This document shows positions 29,736-39,624 of a DNA stretch of 64,000 nucleotides, in pieces (positions within the stretch are counted from its first letter, which is position 1; every line of letters starts with the position of its first letter). The translations under genes were made by a program, and so were the position numbers. The notes beneath the pieces were generated by a model. The model did no database searches, had not been told where the DNA came from, and was given only the letters and a program-made list of their open reading frames with translations. The DNA lies in assembly GCA_963823665.1 (NCBI GenBank), contig CAWGMQ010000005.1:320001-384000 (forward strand), read 5' to 3'. The DNA comes from an uncultured Planctomycetota bacterium. Its GTDB lineage: Bacteria; Planctomycetota; Planctomycetia; Isosphaerales; Isosphaeraceae.

Positions 29736-29918
29736 TCAACCGCGTTCTTCCTGGCCCGACGCTTCAAACCCGGTGACGTCGTCGCCCTGCCAGCAATGTA
29801 GCGAAATGGCCACATCCCGGAGACGTGTGAGAGCCGTGTCGACATCGACTCCCCAATGCGCGTACTGCTCCCGCGCCAGCGCGAAAGCCCGTTCGTCACT
29901 CGTTTCCGTGGCGACCAT
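29736..29918 (-). pseudogene. rhaA: L-rhamnose isomerase N-terminal remnant (60 aa)
   Basis: [19 protein letters not shown]...[15 protein letters not shown] is the RhaA N-terminus; the rest of the gene is absent. Confidence 0.85.
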
Positions 29919-30201
29919 GGCCTCGCCTTTTAATCTGCGGCGAAAGATTGTGGTGACCGTTGAAGCGGTCAATTCTGCCTGAACGCCGGGACCGCTGCCA
30001 GAGAGAGCCCCGGTCGGCGGGATTCATGCTGTGCGCCACGAGCGCGAGAGCCTCAATGCAATGCATGGATGGACATTCTAGATGAGCAAATCACTGATCC
30101 CTTGGACTTATGTCCGGTATCTCCTTGCGGTTTCGCCGTGAAACAATAGGATAGGGTAATCGGCAGTTTCAGGTCCATCATGCCCGAAAGGGGGAAAGTT
30201 C

Positions 30202-31387
30202 ATGCGAACTCGCCGGGGATTTACGCTGATCGAGTTGTTGGTCGTCATTGCCATTATCGCGATATTGATTGCCCTGCTGCTGCCGGCGATTCAAGCGGCG
30301 CGAGGCCGCGCGGCGGGCTCAATGCACGAACAACTTGAAGCAGCTCGGATTGGCGGCTCACAGCTACTTGTCGAATCAAGGAACGTTTCCACCGCTGGTG
30401 CAAAATGGAAGCTTCAACGTGTGGGGTAACACATTTGGAACGGTCGGGCGTTATTACGATCCCTGGCCGCTGGATTGGACGGCATCGCTGCTCGGTCAGC
30501 TCGAGCAGGTTCCTTTGTTCAATCAGTTGAACTTTTATGTCAGCTCGGGATGGCTTGGGCCGACATCGACCGGCTGGGACCCGCAGAACACGACGGTGCT
30601 GGCCACTCAGGTCGGGGTTCTGCTTTGCCCGTCGGAAGACAAGAAGATCACGATGATCGGGCCGGGGACACGCAGGAACTACGTGGCGAACGTGGGCGGG
30701 CCGGCGTCGTTCATGGCATGGAGCGGGGTTCTGGTCCCGCTCAAGGACAACCCGCCGTTCGACTACTGCGGCGTGTACTCGAACAGCAATAGTGGCGCGA
30801 CATTCGGGTTCGAGGGCATCACCGATGGCAGCTCGAATACGGCGCTGTTCAGCGAGACGCTTCTGGGCTCCGGACCAAGATCGCCGATCTCCTTTTCGGC
30901 CACAACGCGGCCAAGCACCTACGAGTGGTACGTGCCGCTTAACGTGTTCCCGGACCAGGGCCCTGCGGGCGGCTTTGCGGCCACGCAGTTCATGCAAGCC
31001 TGCAAGGCGCTGCCCGGAGTGTCACTCTCTATTGGAGTACTGCCGCCGGCCAACGGGAACATCTGGCTCGCGGGCAATCCGGGATCGAGCCTCTGCTGGG
31101 ACGCGTACAATCACTTCATGCCCCCCAACGGGACGAGCTGTGCCGCGCTCAATGACCCGAATGTGAATCCGGGCGGCTCAGGCGGCACGGGTCTTGGAAC
31201 CGCCGTCGGGGGGGGTTGGGGCACGTACATGGACGCGATCCCGCCGAGCTCGAACCATTCAGGCGGCGTCAACATCTGTTTCGCTGATGGGTCGGTGCGG
31301 TTTATCAAGAACTCGGTCCAGTTTCAAAACTGGTGGGCGATTGGAACTCGCAACGGCGCGGAGGCGCTCAGCTCTGACACCTATTAA
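30202..31387 (+). CDS. DUF1559 prepilin-type N-terminal cleavage/methylation protein (2-bp frameshift near 30300)
   Basis: [27 protein letters not shown] / [51 protein letters not shown] (H-X9-DG). Confidence 0.93.
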
Positions 31388-31401
31388 TTTCATCGATTGA
31401 G

Positions 31402-31440
31402 CGTCGGCTCGCAGCGGCTCGAGGCCGTTGCGAGCCGACG
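31402..31440. terminator. 17-bp intergenic hairpin after the DUF1559 gene
   Basis: CGTCGGCTCGCAGCGGC ... GCCGTTGCGAGCCGACG (one G-U pair); no clear U-tract. Confidence 0.45.
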
Positions 31441-31566
31441 GCATGCATGCTCCGAGGGAGGAATCAAGGCGGCGAAGCTCATTCCAGCCGAGACACCCTC
31501 TGGTCATGACGAGCCGTCGGCTTCCTGAAGACTGACCTTTCTAGTTTGGGATGGGAGTACAAATCG

Positions 31567-31836
31567 ATGCGTCGATCTTGCCTGGGAATTGCCGGGGTGC
31601 TGTTGGCCTCTGCGCTGGCCGGCTGTGGTGAAACCAAGGAAGAGGGGCCGGGGGCCTACAAGGGAACGAATTCCCCCGAAATCGAGGCGCTGTCCAAACA
31701 GATGCAGGAAAATATGAAGAACAAGTCGATCACGACCGCGGGCTCGGAAAAGACCGCCACGAAAAAGGATGCGGACAAGGACAAAGGCGCGGACAAGAAG
31801 CCGGCGGGCGATGCCGCACCGGAAAAAAAGAACTGA
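31567..31836 (+). CDS. Small lipoprotein, DUF1559 partner
   Basis: Lipobox LAGC, Lys/Ala-rich tail; usual arrangement downstream of DUF1559. Confidence 0.75.
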   Translation: MRRSCLGIAGVLLASALAGCGETKEEGPGAYKGTNSPEIEALSKQMQENMKNKSITTAGSEKTATKKDADKDKGADKKPAGDAAPEKKN

Positions 31837-31872
31837 CAAAACGGGGTGGCGGGGAGGCCGGGCTGGGCTTCC

Positions 31873-34800
31873 TCACTTTTGCGCGTCCTGCGACGGTCTG
31901 GGCGCAGTTTTGAGGCTCGCGAGGAACTCGATCAAGTCACGCAGTTCCTTCTTGCTCAGCTTGGCGGCGACGTCGGCCGGCATGGCCGAGGGACCGCGCT
32001 TGCGATCCTCGATCGAACCCTTCGGGATGGCGAGCGCCTTGCCTTCGGCGGTGATGAGCCGGACTTCCTTGCCGTCTTCGCCGCGCAGGATTCCCGTATG
32101 CAGCTTGCCGTCGCCGGTGGCGATGATGACCGACTCGAACCCTTCTGCGATCTTCTTGTTGGGATTAACGATCGATTCGAGCAAATCGGTGCGGGAGAGC
32201 CGCGCACCGACGCCGGCGAGCTCGGGGCCGACTTCCCCGCCGGTCGATTCGCCGCCCGAGGCACGCACCTTGTGACAGCGGATGCACTCGATATCGGCCC
32301 TCGAAGTGAAGAGCCGCCGCCCGAGCTCGCGATCGCCGCCTGAGAGTACCTCGCGAAACGGCGAGAGTGGATCGTCGTGGGGCTTGGAGCTCTGGTACTT
32401 CTTGATTCTGTCACGAAACTCGGGCTCGGATCGCGCGGCGGCCGCCTCGACCAGGTCGAGTTGAACCTCTTCAGGAGTTTTCCCGGCGATCAGGCGATCG
32501 AGCCAGTCCAGGAGAAGCCGGCGAGCCGCATCACCGGGCATGGCAGCCAGGATGGCGATGGCTCCCTGGCGCTCGATCGTCGAGCCGGTCTTGAGCCGGT
32601 CTTCGAGTGGCGTGATTGCTGTAGCGGGATCGACCTTGGCGAGCAGCTTGAGAGCCGCTGTGCGACTGCGGGCGCCGGGGGCTGCGAGGGCTCGTGTGGC
32701 TGCCTCAACCCGGCGCGGGTCGTTGAGCTTATCGAGTGTGTCGAGCGCCTGGGCCCGAAGGGAATCCGCGTACTTCACGTCGCCCGAAAGCGTCGCAAGC
32801 GTACCGCCGGCCTCCTTGATTTCGAGCGCCATGGCAAGTTGGATTGCCGCGGTCTGCACCCTCCCGGTCGCTCTAGCCAGAAGTGCGTCAAGCTTGGGCC
32901 CGATCGCGGCCGAGGCCGCCTCGGCCGGTCGGGCAGGAATCGGCCGCCACAGACCGACAACGGGGTCACGCCCGGAAGGAGCGGCCCAATGGGCCAGAAG
33001 CTCGAGCGAGAGCGCACGCCCGGCCGCCGGCAGTTCGGATCGCTCAGCGACTGCAACCATTCGAGCGGCGTCCTCAGGCCGGCCGAGCCGGAAACTCGCG
33101 CTCAAGATCCGTCGCAGGAGCGGCAGCGACGCACTCGCAGGGACCTGCAGCGATGCGAGCGCCGGCAGCGCCGGCTCGATCGGAACGTCGTGGATCGCAC
33201 GGGCCGCTTCCAGGACAAGGCGTGGGTCGGAATCGGTGAGAAAGCGCGCGACTTCCGGATCGCGCAGCCGCCTTAGCGCCAGGAGCACCCCCATTCTCAC
33301 GACGGCCGACTCATCGCGGCTCGCGCGTATCCACGCGGCGGTCTTGCCGGAGGCGGCCAGGCCCATCACGGCCGCGTGCCGGAGGTAGGGATCTTTCTCG
33401 CCGCTGGAGCGGAGCATCGCAAGGAGCGGTTCGACCGCCTGAGGCCGGCCGAGGCCGCCCAGCGCAATCGCCGCGAAGAACTTGACTCGGGGGCTCGAGT
33501 CGGCGAGCAGACCGATGAGGCCGGCAAACGCTTCTTCGCCCCTGATATCGCCCAGCACTTTGGCGGTCTGGGCGCGCACTTCGGGGTCGGAATCGGCAAG
33601 CAACGGCAACAGTACAGGAACATGGTTGTGATCGTCAGTTCGCGCACGGGTCGACCGGGCTGCCTGGCCGAGCCCCCACACGGCGTGAATCCGAGCGAGC
33701 GTTCCCGCCTTCGAGCTGGCGACCTTTGCGAGCGTCTCCCAAGCCGGGCCGCCGCGGGCGGCCAGCTCGAACTGTGCCTCCTGGCGCACCCGCATATCGG
33801 CGTGCTCGAGTAGCCTGGCGAGCTCGTCGAGCCCGCGGCGCTCCATCCCTTGAGCCAGGAGTTCTTTCACCTCGCGCACGGCCGGATCGCCGCGCCGCGA
33901 CTCGTCGAGCAGACGGTAGATCCGCCCCTTCTGCGGTTTGTTCCAGCCCTCGACCCAGTCGCAGAAGTAAAGTCCGCCGTCGGGGCCAAAATCGACATCC
34001 GTTGCCAGCACCGACCACACGAATTGCTTGGAATCAACCAGCTTGAACGAGGCTCCCTCGGGCTCGACCGCAAAGCTGCGGATCCCGCTCGAGCCGCTCG
34101 AGCCGCGGAAATCGACCAGGAAAAAATGGTTCTTGAACGTTGCGGGAAGCGTGCTCACGCCCGGATCATAGGTGAGCCCGGACGGGCCGTCGGAGACGTT
34201 TGCGATTGGCGGAACGATGTAGGCCGCCTGACCCTCGAATGCGGGGTACCAGAGCCGCTCTTCATTCCACGGCCCGCGAGAATACGGCCCTTCGAGGAAC
34301 TGGTAGCCGATTCGCCAGCCGCTGTCACCTCCCTGAACGACATAGACCCAGCGCGCCCGGTCGCCGCTATCCGAGTTGTTGTCGCCGGTGAAGAGATTGC
34401 CGAACTGGTCGAAGGCCAGCTCCTGCGGGTTGCGCAGGCCGGTGGCAAAGACCTCGAGACGGGTGCCGTCGGCCTCGCAGCGGAGCACCGAGCCGGTGTC
34501 GGGCACGGTGAGCGTCTTGCCGTCGAACGTGGTCACGTTGAATCCACGATCGCCGATGCTGAAATACAGTCTGCCGTCGGGCCCGAACCTGAGCCCGTGC
34601 AGGTCGTGCCCGAGAAAACCGACGTGAACGCCGTATCCGTTGTGAAGCAGCTTGCGCGAGTCGGCGTGACCGTCGCCTTTCGTGTCGCGCAGCTTCCAGA
34701 GGCCCGGGATGCAGGTGTACCAGATGTCTCCCTTTCGCGCCAGGACGCCTGCGCCGATACCAGCGGCCGGGTCGTTGAAGCCGTCGGCGAACACGGTGGA

Positions 34801-35292
34801 CGAATCAGCACGGCCGTCGCCGTCACGATCAACCACGCGCCGCACGCGCTCGTGCTGCACGTGAAAGGACTCGAACTTGCTTCCCAGAAACTTCTTGTAC
34901 ATCGCGACGCGATCGGCCACGCTGCGGCAAGCAAGATCGTCATCGAGCCAGTCCATGTGGCCGCGCGTGTCGGTCACGCCGTCGCTGTGCCTGAAGGTTT
35001 CGGCGACATAGGCAACACCGTTCTCATCCAGGCAGAACGCAACCGGGTTGGCCAGCAGAGGCTCGGCTGCGAAAAGCTCGACCTTGAGCCCCTTGGGAAC
35101 GCGGAAAGAACGCATCGCGTTCAGCCCTTGATCCGAAGCGCGCGCGATGGGCGGATCGTATGGTTGCGGCTGCGGGACGACCTGCTGCGCCTTCGCATCA
35201 TCGCCGGCGAAAACGCACGCGCTCGCGGCGAACGTGGCCGGTATGAGGCAAAAAAGCGCGAAGATCCGATTCCTGCCCAGGCGATGGCTCAT
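31873..35292 (-). CDS. PVC-type membrane-bound dehydrogenase / heme-binding CxxCH protein with HEAT repeats
   Basis: Signal peptide; LFAAEPLLANPVA, DRDGDGRAD, HDLHGLRFGPDGRLY, GLRNPQELAFD, HEAT repeats, CIRCH, GPEL, SAMP. Confidence 0.9.
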   Translation of the reverse strand: MSHRLGRNRIFALFCLIPATFAASACVFAGDDAKAQQVVPQPQPYDPPIARASDQGLNAMRSFRVPKGLKVELFAAEPLLANPVAFCLDENGVAYVAETFRHSDGVTDTRGHMDWLDDDLACRSVADRVAMYKKFLGSKFESFHVQHERVRRVVDRDGDGRADSSTVFADGFNDPAAGIGAGVLARKGDIWYTCIPGLWKLRDTKGDGHADSRKLLHNGYGVHVGFLGHDLHGLRFGPDGRLYFSIGDRGFNVTTFDGKTLTVPDTGSVLRCEADGTRLEVFATGLRNPQELAFDQFGNLFTGDNNSDSGDRARWVYVVQGGDSGWRIGYQFLEGPYSRGPWNEERLWYPAFEGQAAYIVPPIANVSDGPSGLTYDPGVSTLPATFKNHFFLVDFRGSSGSSGIRSFAVEPEGASFKLVDSKQFVWSVLATDVDFGPDGGLYFCDWVEGWNKPQKGRIYRLLDESRRGDPAVREVKELLAQGMERRGLDELARLLEHADMRVRQEAQFELAARGGPAWETLAKVASSKAGTLARIHAVWGLGQAARSTRARTDDHNHVPVLLPLLADSDPEVRAQTAKVLGDIRGEEAFAGLIGLLADSSPRVKFFAAIALGGLGRPQAVEPLLAMLRSSGEKDPYLRHAAVMGLAASGKTAAWIRASRDESAVVRMGVLLALRRLRDPEVARFLTDSDPRLVLEAARAIHDVPIEPALPALASLQVPASASLPLLRRILSASFRLGRPEDAARMVAVAERSELPAAGRALSLELLAHWAAPSGRDPVVGLWRPIPARPAEAASAAIGPKLDALLARATGRVQTAAIQLAMALEIKEAGGTLATLSGDVKYADSLRAQALDTLDKLNDPRRVEAATRALAAPGARSRTAALKLLAKVDPATAITPLEDRLKTGSTIERQGAIAILAAMPGDAARRLLLDWLDRLIAGKTPEEVQLDLVEAAAARSEPEFRDRIKKYQSSKPHDDPLSPFREVLSGGDRELGRRLFTSRADIECIRCHKVRASGGESTGGEVGPELAGVGARLSRTDLLESIVNPNKKIAEGFESVIIATGDGKLHTGILRGEDGKEVRLITAEGKALAIPKGSIEDRKRGPSAMPADVAAKLSKKELRDLIEFLASLKTAPRPSQDAQK

Positions 35293-35526
35293 GCGTCGTG
35301 TCCGGATTCTCGGGGAGGGTCTTTCGGGGTAGGCGGAGTGCAGCGGCCCGATCTTCGGGGGAGTGTCGAAGACTTTACCAGAATACGATGACTTGCGGGA
35401 CGTTGGGAAGACGAACACAATGGATGATCCAAACACCGTCATCCAGGCGGGTCGAGATCCTGGAGGGGGCGAAGATCAGCGATCTGACGAGGAACGAGTG
35501 CAAGGGCAAGCGATAGGATTTCAGGA

Positions 35527-35549
35527 CGGTCCGCAACGGCGGACCCTAC
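35527..35549 (-). repeat. GTAG-type REP (GTAGGGTCCGC-N4-GCGGACCG); further copies at 43512-43533 and 55298-55320
   Basis: Palindromic GGTCCGC/GCGGACC with a GTAG foot, all intergenic. At 55317 the GTAG supplies a TAG stop. Confidence 0.75.
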
Positions 35550-35554
35550 GAGAA

Positions 35555-38500
35555 TCAGAGTCGATTGCGGGGAGTGGTGACGCGGATCAAGTGGCGATGT
35601 CCCGCGAGGGACGTCGGCACGATTTCGGGCTCGATGCCGCGTCTGCTCAGGAGCGCGGCGACGGCCGGATCGGACGCGACGGGCTCCGTCAGGAGCAAAT
35701 CGTCGTTTCTTGCCTCCGAAATGAAGGCGACGGCATCGCGCGCGGTGGTTCCGAAATAGTCGAGCTGGTCATTGACCGTCGCCGCCAGCGCGGGGCCCTT
35801 GTGAATCCCGACACGAACGCCGCGTTGCGCGGTAGGTCCGCCACGATTCAGTCGAACGGCAAGGGAAAGCGCAGTCTCGACGGCCGCCGTCACCTGAGAG
35901 AACGACGCGAGCACGCCTTCACCGATCGTCTTGACAACCGCCCCTCCTCCTTCGCGAATTGCATCGCCTACTTTTTGCAGGTGCACGTGAATCACGCCGA
36001 AGGCGCCCGCATCACCGAGCTCGCGATAAAGCGCGTCGACGCGAGCCGGGTCGAGCGACGTGAACAAGAGTGTCACACTGGAAATCGTGGCCAGCCGCCC
36101 CGGGGCGAGTATCTCGCCGGGGAACAGCTCGCGAAAGAGCGGTAAGGAGGCGGCGCGGGCCGCGGTCAGGGCGTCGTGGCGCGGCGCCGCTCGCTCGACG
36201 CGAACCAGGAGCTCGCGCTCACCCGGGTTGTGGAGGGCGAGGGTCTGCGCGCCGGCCCGCAAAGACGGCGGCCGTTCAGCCTCGGGCCCCGCGGTGAGGT
36301 CGATATCCCATCGCCTCGGAGACGCGGTCTTCTCCACGCGGAAATCAGCCGACCAGGGAAGCTGGGGGCCGCGCAGCCGATAAGAGCCTTCCGGCAGGGT
36401 GAGCTCGAGCTCGATGCGCTCGAGCGCCGCGACTCGCATCTGGGCGACCACGTGCGGCGAGTGCGCCGGGCCGCCGACACAGTAGGTGCCTAGCTCGGCG
36501 TCGCGAATTTCCGGATGCACACGAAAAATCAACTCGATCGAGTTGGCAAAATCGAGGTCGAAGTCGAGATGGCAGGCCTGGCAGTGCGCGTGATCGGCAA
36601 TCTCGCGGAGCGTGTCGGTCACCTGTGCAGAAATCCGGCAGACGGGGCAAAGAAGATCCCAGTGCAGCTCAAGCAAGCCCTCCCTGGCGCCGTGAAGACA
36701 CGCGGCGACAACCTGGTCGGGATCAAGCCCGAATCGCTCGGCCAGGGCCAGCGGCCGGATGCGGGCCAGCTCCTGGGCCGATCCGGCGATCAGGTGCTCG
36801 AAGAGGCAGTCGAGGACCTGCGCATCAATGCCGCGTTCGACCAGCCGGTCGATCAAACGGTCCAGCCGCTGTCGCCGCGCCGCCGGCATACGGGCCCGCT
36901 CCTCGAACGGATCGAGCGCGGGAGAAAGCCCGCGCTCGCGCTGGCCTTTCAGCGTGGCGTCGATGCGGCGATAGACTTTCTCGAGGCTCTTTCGCATGCC
37001 GACGCCCACGCCCCAGCGCGATCCAAATCGAATCGTCCAGGTGGAGGGCTCAAGGCGCAGCGAGTGGACGAGCGTGGTGCCGCCGCCCGGTCGCGCCAGC
37101 AGCTCAACGGAGCTGACAAGCCACTTGAACGGACCCTGGGTGTATTGCCGGAGAATTCCCATTCGCCTGGGCTCGACCCACTCATAAGGAAACTCTTCCC
37201 CGACCTCGGGCATGCCGGCCTTCCGGCCTTCCGCGAACGTTCGAACCCCGTGGTCGGGCTCGAACTTCGTTTGGTAAGTCACCGGCCTAAACCCGAGCGC
37301 ACGGTCGAGTCGATCGGTGTTGGTCACCAGAGGCCAGAGCTGGCGCGGGGACGACTCGAGCTCCCATCGAAACTCGAACTGAAGGACCCGGCCGGGATCG
37401 CATTCGGGCAGCCTGGGATGAATCGCCAGCTCAGTGGGCTTGCCCAGCCGCAGGGCTTCGAGATCGCGCAGCATTGCCGCCGCGTCAGGGAAACGGTCGT
37501 CCGGGCTCTTGGACAAGGCTCGCTCGACGGCCCGCGCCAGGCCTTCGCTCACACTGGTATTGAGCAGCTCGAGCGACGCGGGTTGTTCGTTGCAATGTTG
37601 CTGGCAGAGCAGGTCTCGCGTCTCGCCCGTGAAGGGTGGCTGGCCGGCCAGCACGTGGAAAAGCGTCGCACCCATGGCATACACGTCGGTTCGCGGGTCG
37701 ACACCGCGCCCCGTCCATTGTTCGGGCGCCATGTAGTGAGGCGTTCCCAAGAGCGCACCAGCGTCGGTCATCGCCAGCGATTCGGTATCGATAACGTGGC
37801 GGGCGAGCCCGAAGTCGGTGATCTTGACTCGAGGGCGCGCCGAGTCATCGTTTTCGCCATCCACGAGCGTCGCCGTGCGCGCATCCGAATTCGTCGGGAG
37901 CGGCGATTCCGGGCCGCCACCGGGTGACCTGGCCGAGATCGTTTGCTCGAGCGGTGAGTCCGCCTGGATCGTTTCGGCGAGCGAACCCGCGGTTTCGGCA
38001 ACCTGGTCGAGAAGCAGGATGTTGCTGGGCTTGATGTCGCGATGCACGATTCCGCGCTCGTGAGCCTGCGCCAACCCACGCGCGACACCGGCCATGATTC
38101 GCAGTGCCTCCGGTACGTCGAGCCGCGCTTTCCGCTCGAGCACCTGTGCGAGGTTGGTGCCGGCGACGAATTCCAGCACGAGGTAGGGTATGCCGTCATG
38201 TTCGTTCTGGTCGAGCAGGTTCACTACGTGAGGATTGTTGGCCTCGATCATCAACCGGGCTTCCTTGCGAAAGCGACGGAGAACCACCTCGTTTCCGGCC
38301 CGATCAGACCGCAGAACCTTGATCGCGACAACGGACTGGTTGACCGGGTCGAGCGCGCGGAAGACAACCCCCTGCCCTCCCTCGCCCAGCTTTTCGAGCA
38401 CGCGATAACGCCCGAGGTATTGCGTTGTATCATGGGCCTCCGGCTGTCGCGGACGCGTGAGAGCTGCGAACGCCTGGCGATCGGCGGCGGGGAGCACCAA

Positions 38501-39301
38501 CGTGAGTTCCTGGCGACTGCGATCAGCCGGCAGGCTCCATTCTCCGGTGGCATCCATGGGGTTGGCGACCTTGTCGAGCAACGCGAGCGCCTCCAGCGCG
38601 GAGGGACGCTCCGACGGGTCTTCCGTCATGAGCGACCGTGCAACGTTGCCGAGGTGGGAATCTTCCGTCGTGGTGATGCGGCTGGCATGCGAACGCAGCC
38701 CGTCGCCGGTCTTGCTGTCGAGGAGCCAGGCGACGAGTGCTCCGAAGCCGTACAGATCGGCCGCCCGCAGTACGGCCAGGTTTCTCGGCTCGTCGATCGA
38801 CTCCGATCTGTTCGGTGCGCGCCCGGGTTTCGCCACTGGAGGAAACCCCGCCGACACGCCGGTGAAATCGAGCTTCACGCCTCCGGTCGGCGTCTGAAAA
38901 ACATGTTCCGGGCAGATACGGCCGTGAGCGAGCCCGAGGCGATGGGCCTCGACCAGCGCGGCCGCCAGCGGTCGAAGCAGCTCGGCCATCGCTCGCTCGG
39001 TGCCGGGAACGCGGGCGCTCGCAGCCGTGGCGAGTGTGGTCTCGCCCGGCCATTCGAGAACCGCTCGGGGAGTCTCCTCGTCCAGACTGAGCTCCAGGAC
39101 CGGGAGCGCCGACCGGTGAGCGAGCTGCGCGGCAAGCCTCAGCCGGGGAACCAGCCTGGCCCAGCGAGCCGAGTCAGTCTGCGCGCGGGCGAGGTCGAAG
39201 ACCAAGACCGTGGTCGCTCCGTCGGGGGCAATCGCCCGGAACGCGATTCCATCGTGGCCCGCTCCGAGCTGGGAACGGAGCTGGTACTCGTCCAAAGGCA
39301 T
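35555..39301 (-). CDS. Multidomain Ser/Thr kinase: pseudokinase + kinase + SRPBCC-like + DUF5939-like + class III cyclase-like domain
   Basis: LGEGGQGVV, VAIK, HRDIKPSN, DFG, GTPHYMAPE; LWPLVTNTDRLDRALG; WDLLCPVCR..HCQACH; VKTIGEGV..RVGIHKGP..DYFG. Confidence 0.88.
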   Translation of the reverse strand: MPLDEYQLRSQLGAGHDGIAFRAIAPDGATTVLVFDLARAQTDSARWARLVPRLRLAAQLAHRSALPVLELSLDEETPRAVLEWPGETTLATAASARVPGTERAMAELLRPLAAALVEAHRLGLAHGRICPEHVFQTPTGGVKLDFTGVSAGFPPVAKPGRAPNRSESIDEPRNLAVLRAADLYGFGALVAWLLDSKTGDGLRSHASRITTTEDSHLGNVARSLMTEDPSERPSALEALALLDKVANPMDATGEWSLPADRSRQELTLVLPAADRQAFAALTRPRQPEAHDTTQYLGRYRVLEKLGEGGQGVVFRALDPVNQSVVAIKVLRSDRAGNEVVLRRFRKEARLMIEANNPHVVNLLDQNEHDGIPYLVLEFVAGTNLAQVLERKARLDVPEALRIMAGVARGLAQAHERGIVHRDIKPSNILLLDQVAETAGSLAETIQADSPLEQTISARSPGGGPESPLPTNSDARTATLVDGENDDSARPRVKITDFGLARHVIDTESLAMTDAGALLGTPHYMAPEQWTGRGVDPRTDVYAMGATLFHVLAGQPPFTGETRDLLCQQHCNEQPASLELLNTSVSEGLARAVERALSKSPDDRFPDAAAMLRDLEALRLGKPTELAIHPRLPECDPGRVLQFEFRWELESSPRQLWPLVTNTDRLDRALGFRPVTYQTKFEPDHGVRTFAEGRKAGMPEVGEEFPYEWVEPRRMGILRQYTQGPFKWLVSSVELLARPGGGTTLVHSLRLEPSTWTIRFGSRWGVGVGMRKSLEKVYRRIDATLKGQRERGLSPALDPFEERARMPAARRQRLDRLIDRLVERGIDAQVLDCLFEHLIAGSAQELARIRPLALAERFGLDPDQVVAACLHGAREGLLELHWDLLCPVCRISAQVTDTLREIADHAHCQACHLDFDLDFANSIELIFRVHPEIRDAELGTYCVGGPAHSPHVVAQMRVAALERIELELTLPEGSYRLRGPQLPWSADFRVEKTASPRRWDIDLTAGPEAERPPSLRAGAQTLALHNPGERELLVRVERAAPRHDALTAARAASLPLFRELFPGEILAPGRLATISSVTLLFTSLDPARVDALYRELGDAGAFGVIHVHLQKVGDAIREGGGAVVKTIGEGVLASFSQVTAAVETALSLAVRLNRGGPTAQRGVRVGIHKGPALAATVNDQLDYFGTTARDAVAFISEARNDDLLLTEPVASDPAVAALLSRRGIEPEIVPTSLAGHRHLIRVTTPRNRL

Positions 39302-39624
39302 CGATCACCTCGATCTCGGTCGACGCGCGGCCAGCCTGCTCGACCGCGGCCGAAGCGCAACAGCCATGTTACTTCGAGGTGGTGGCGATCGTGAAGCTCG
39401 CTGAAGCGGTGAGGTCGGGTTTCTCGATGTCCCGTGCGCGAATCGTGCAATCCCCTCGAGTTTGGGGACAGCGTGGAGGAAGTTTCGCAAACAAGTCGTA
39501 CGCAGGCACCTCTCCCGTCGGTTATCATGAATTCAGAGCGATCTCAACGAACTCCCCTCACGACGCCTTCCGGAAGCAACCGGCCGCCTATCCGAATCGC
39601 CTCCTCCCCAACCTGGACCGTCCG

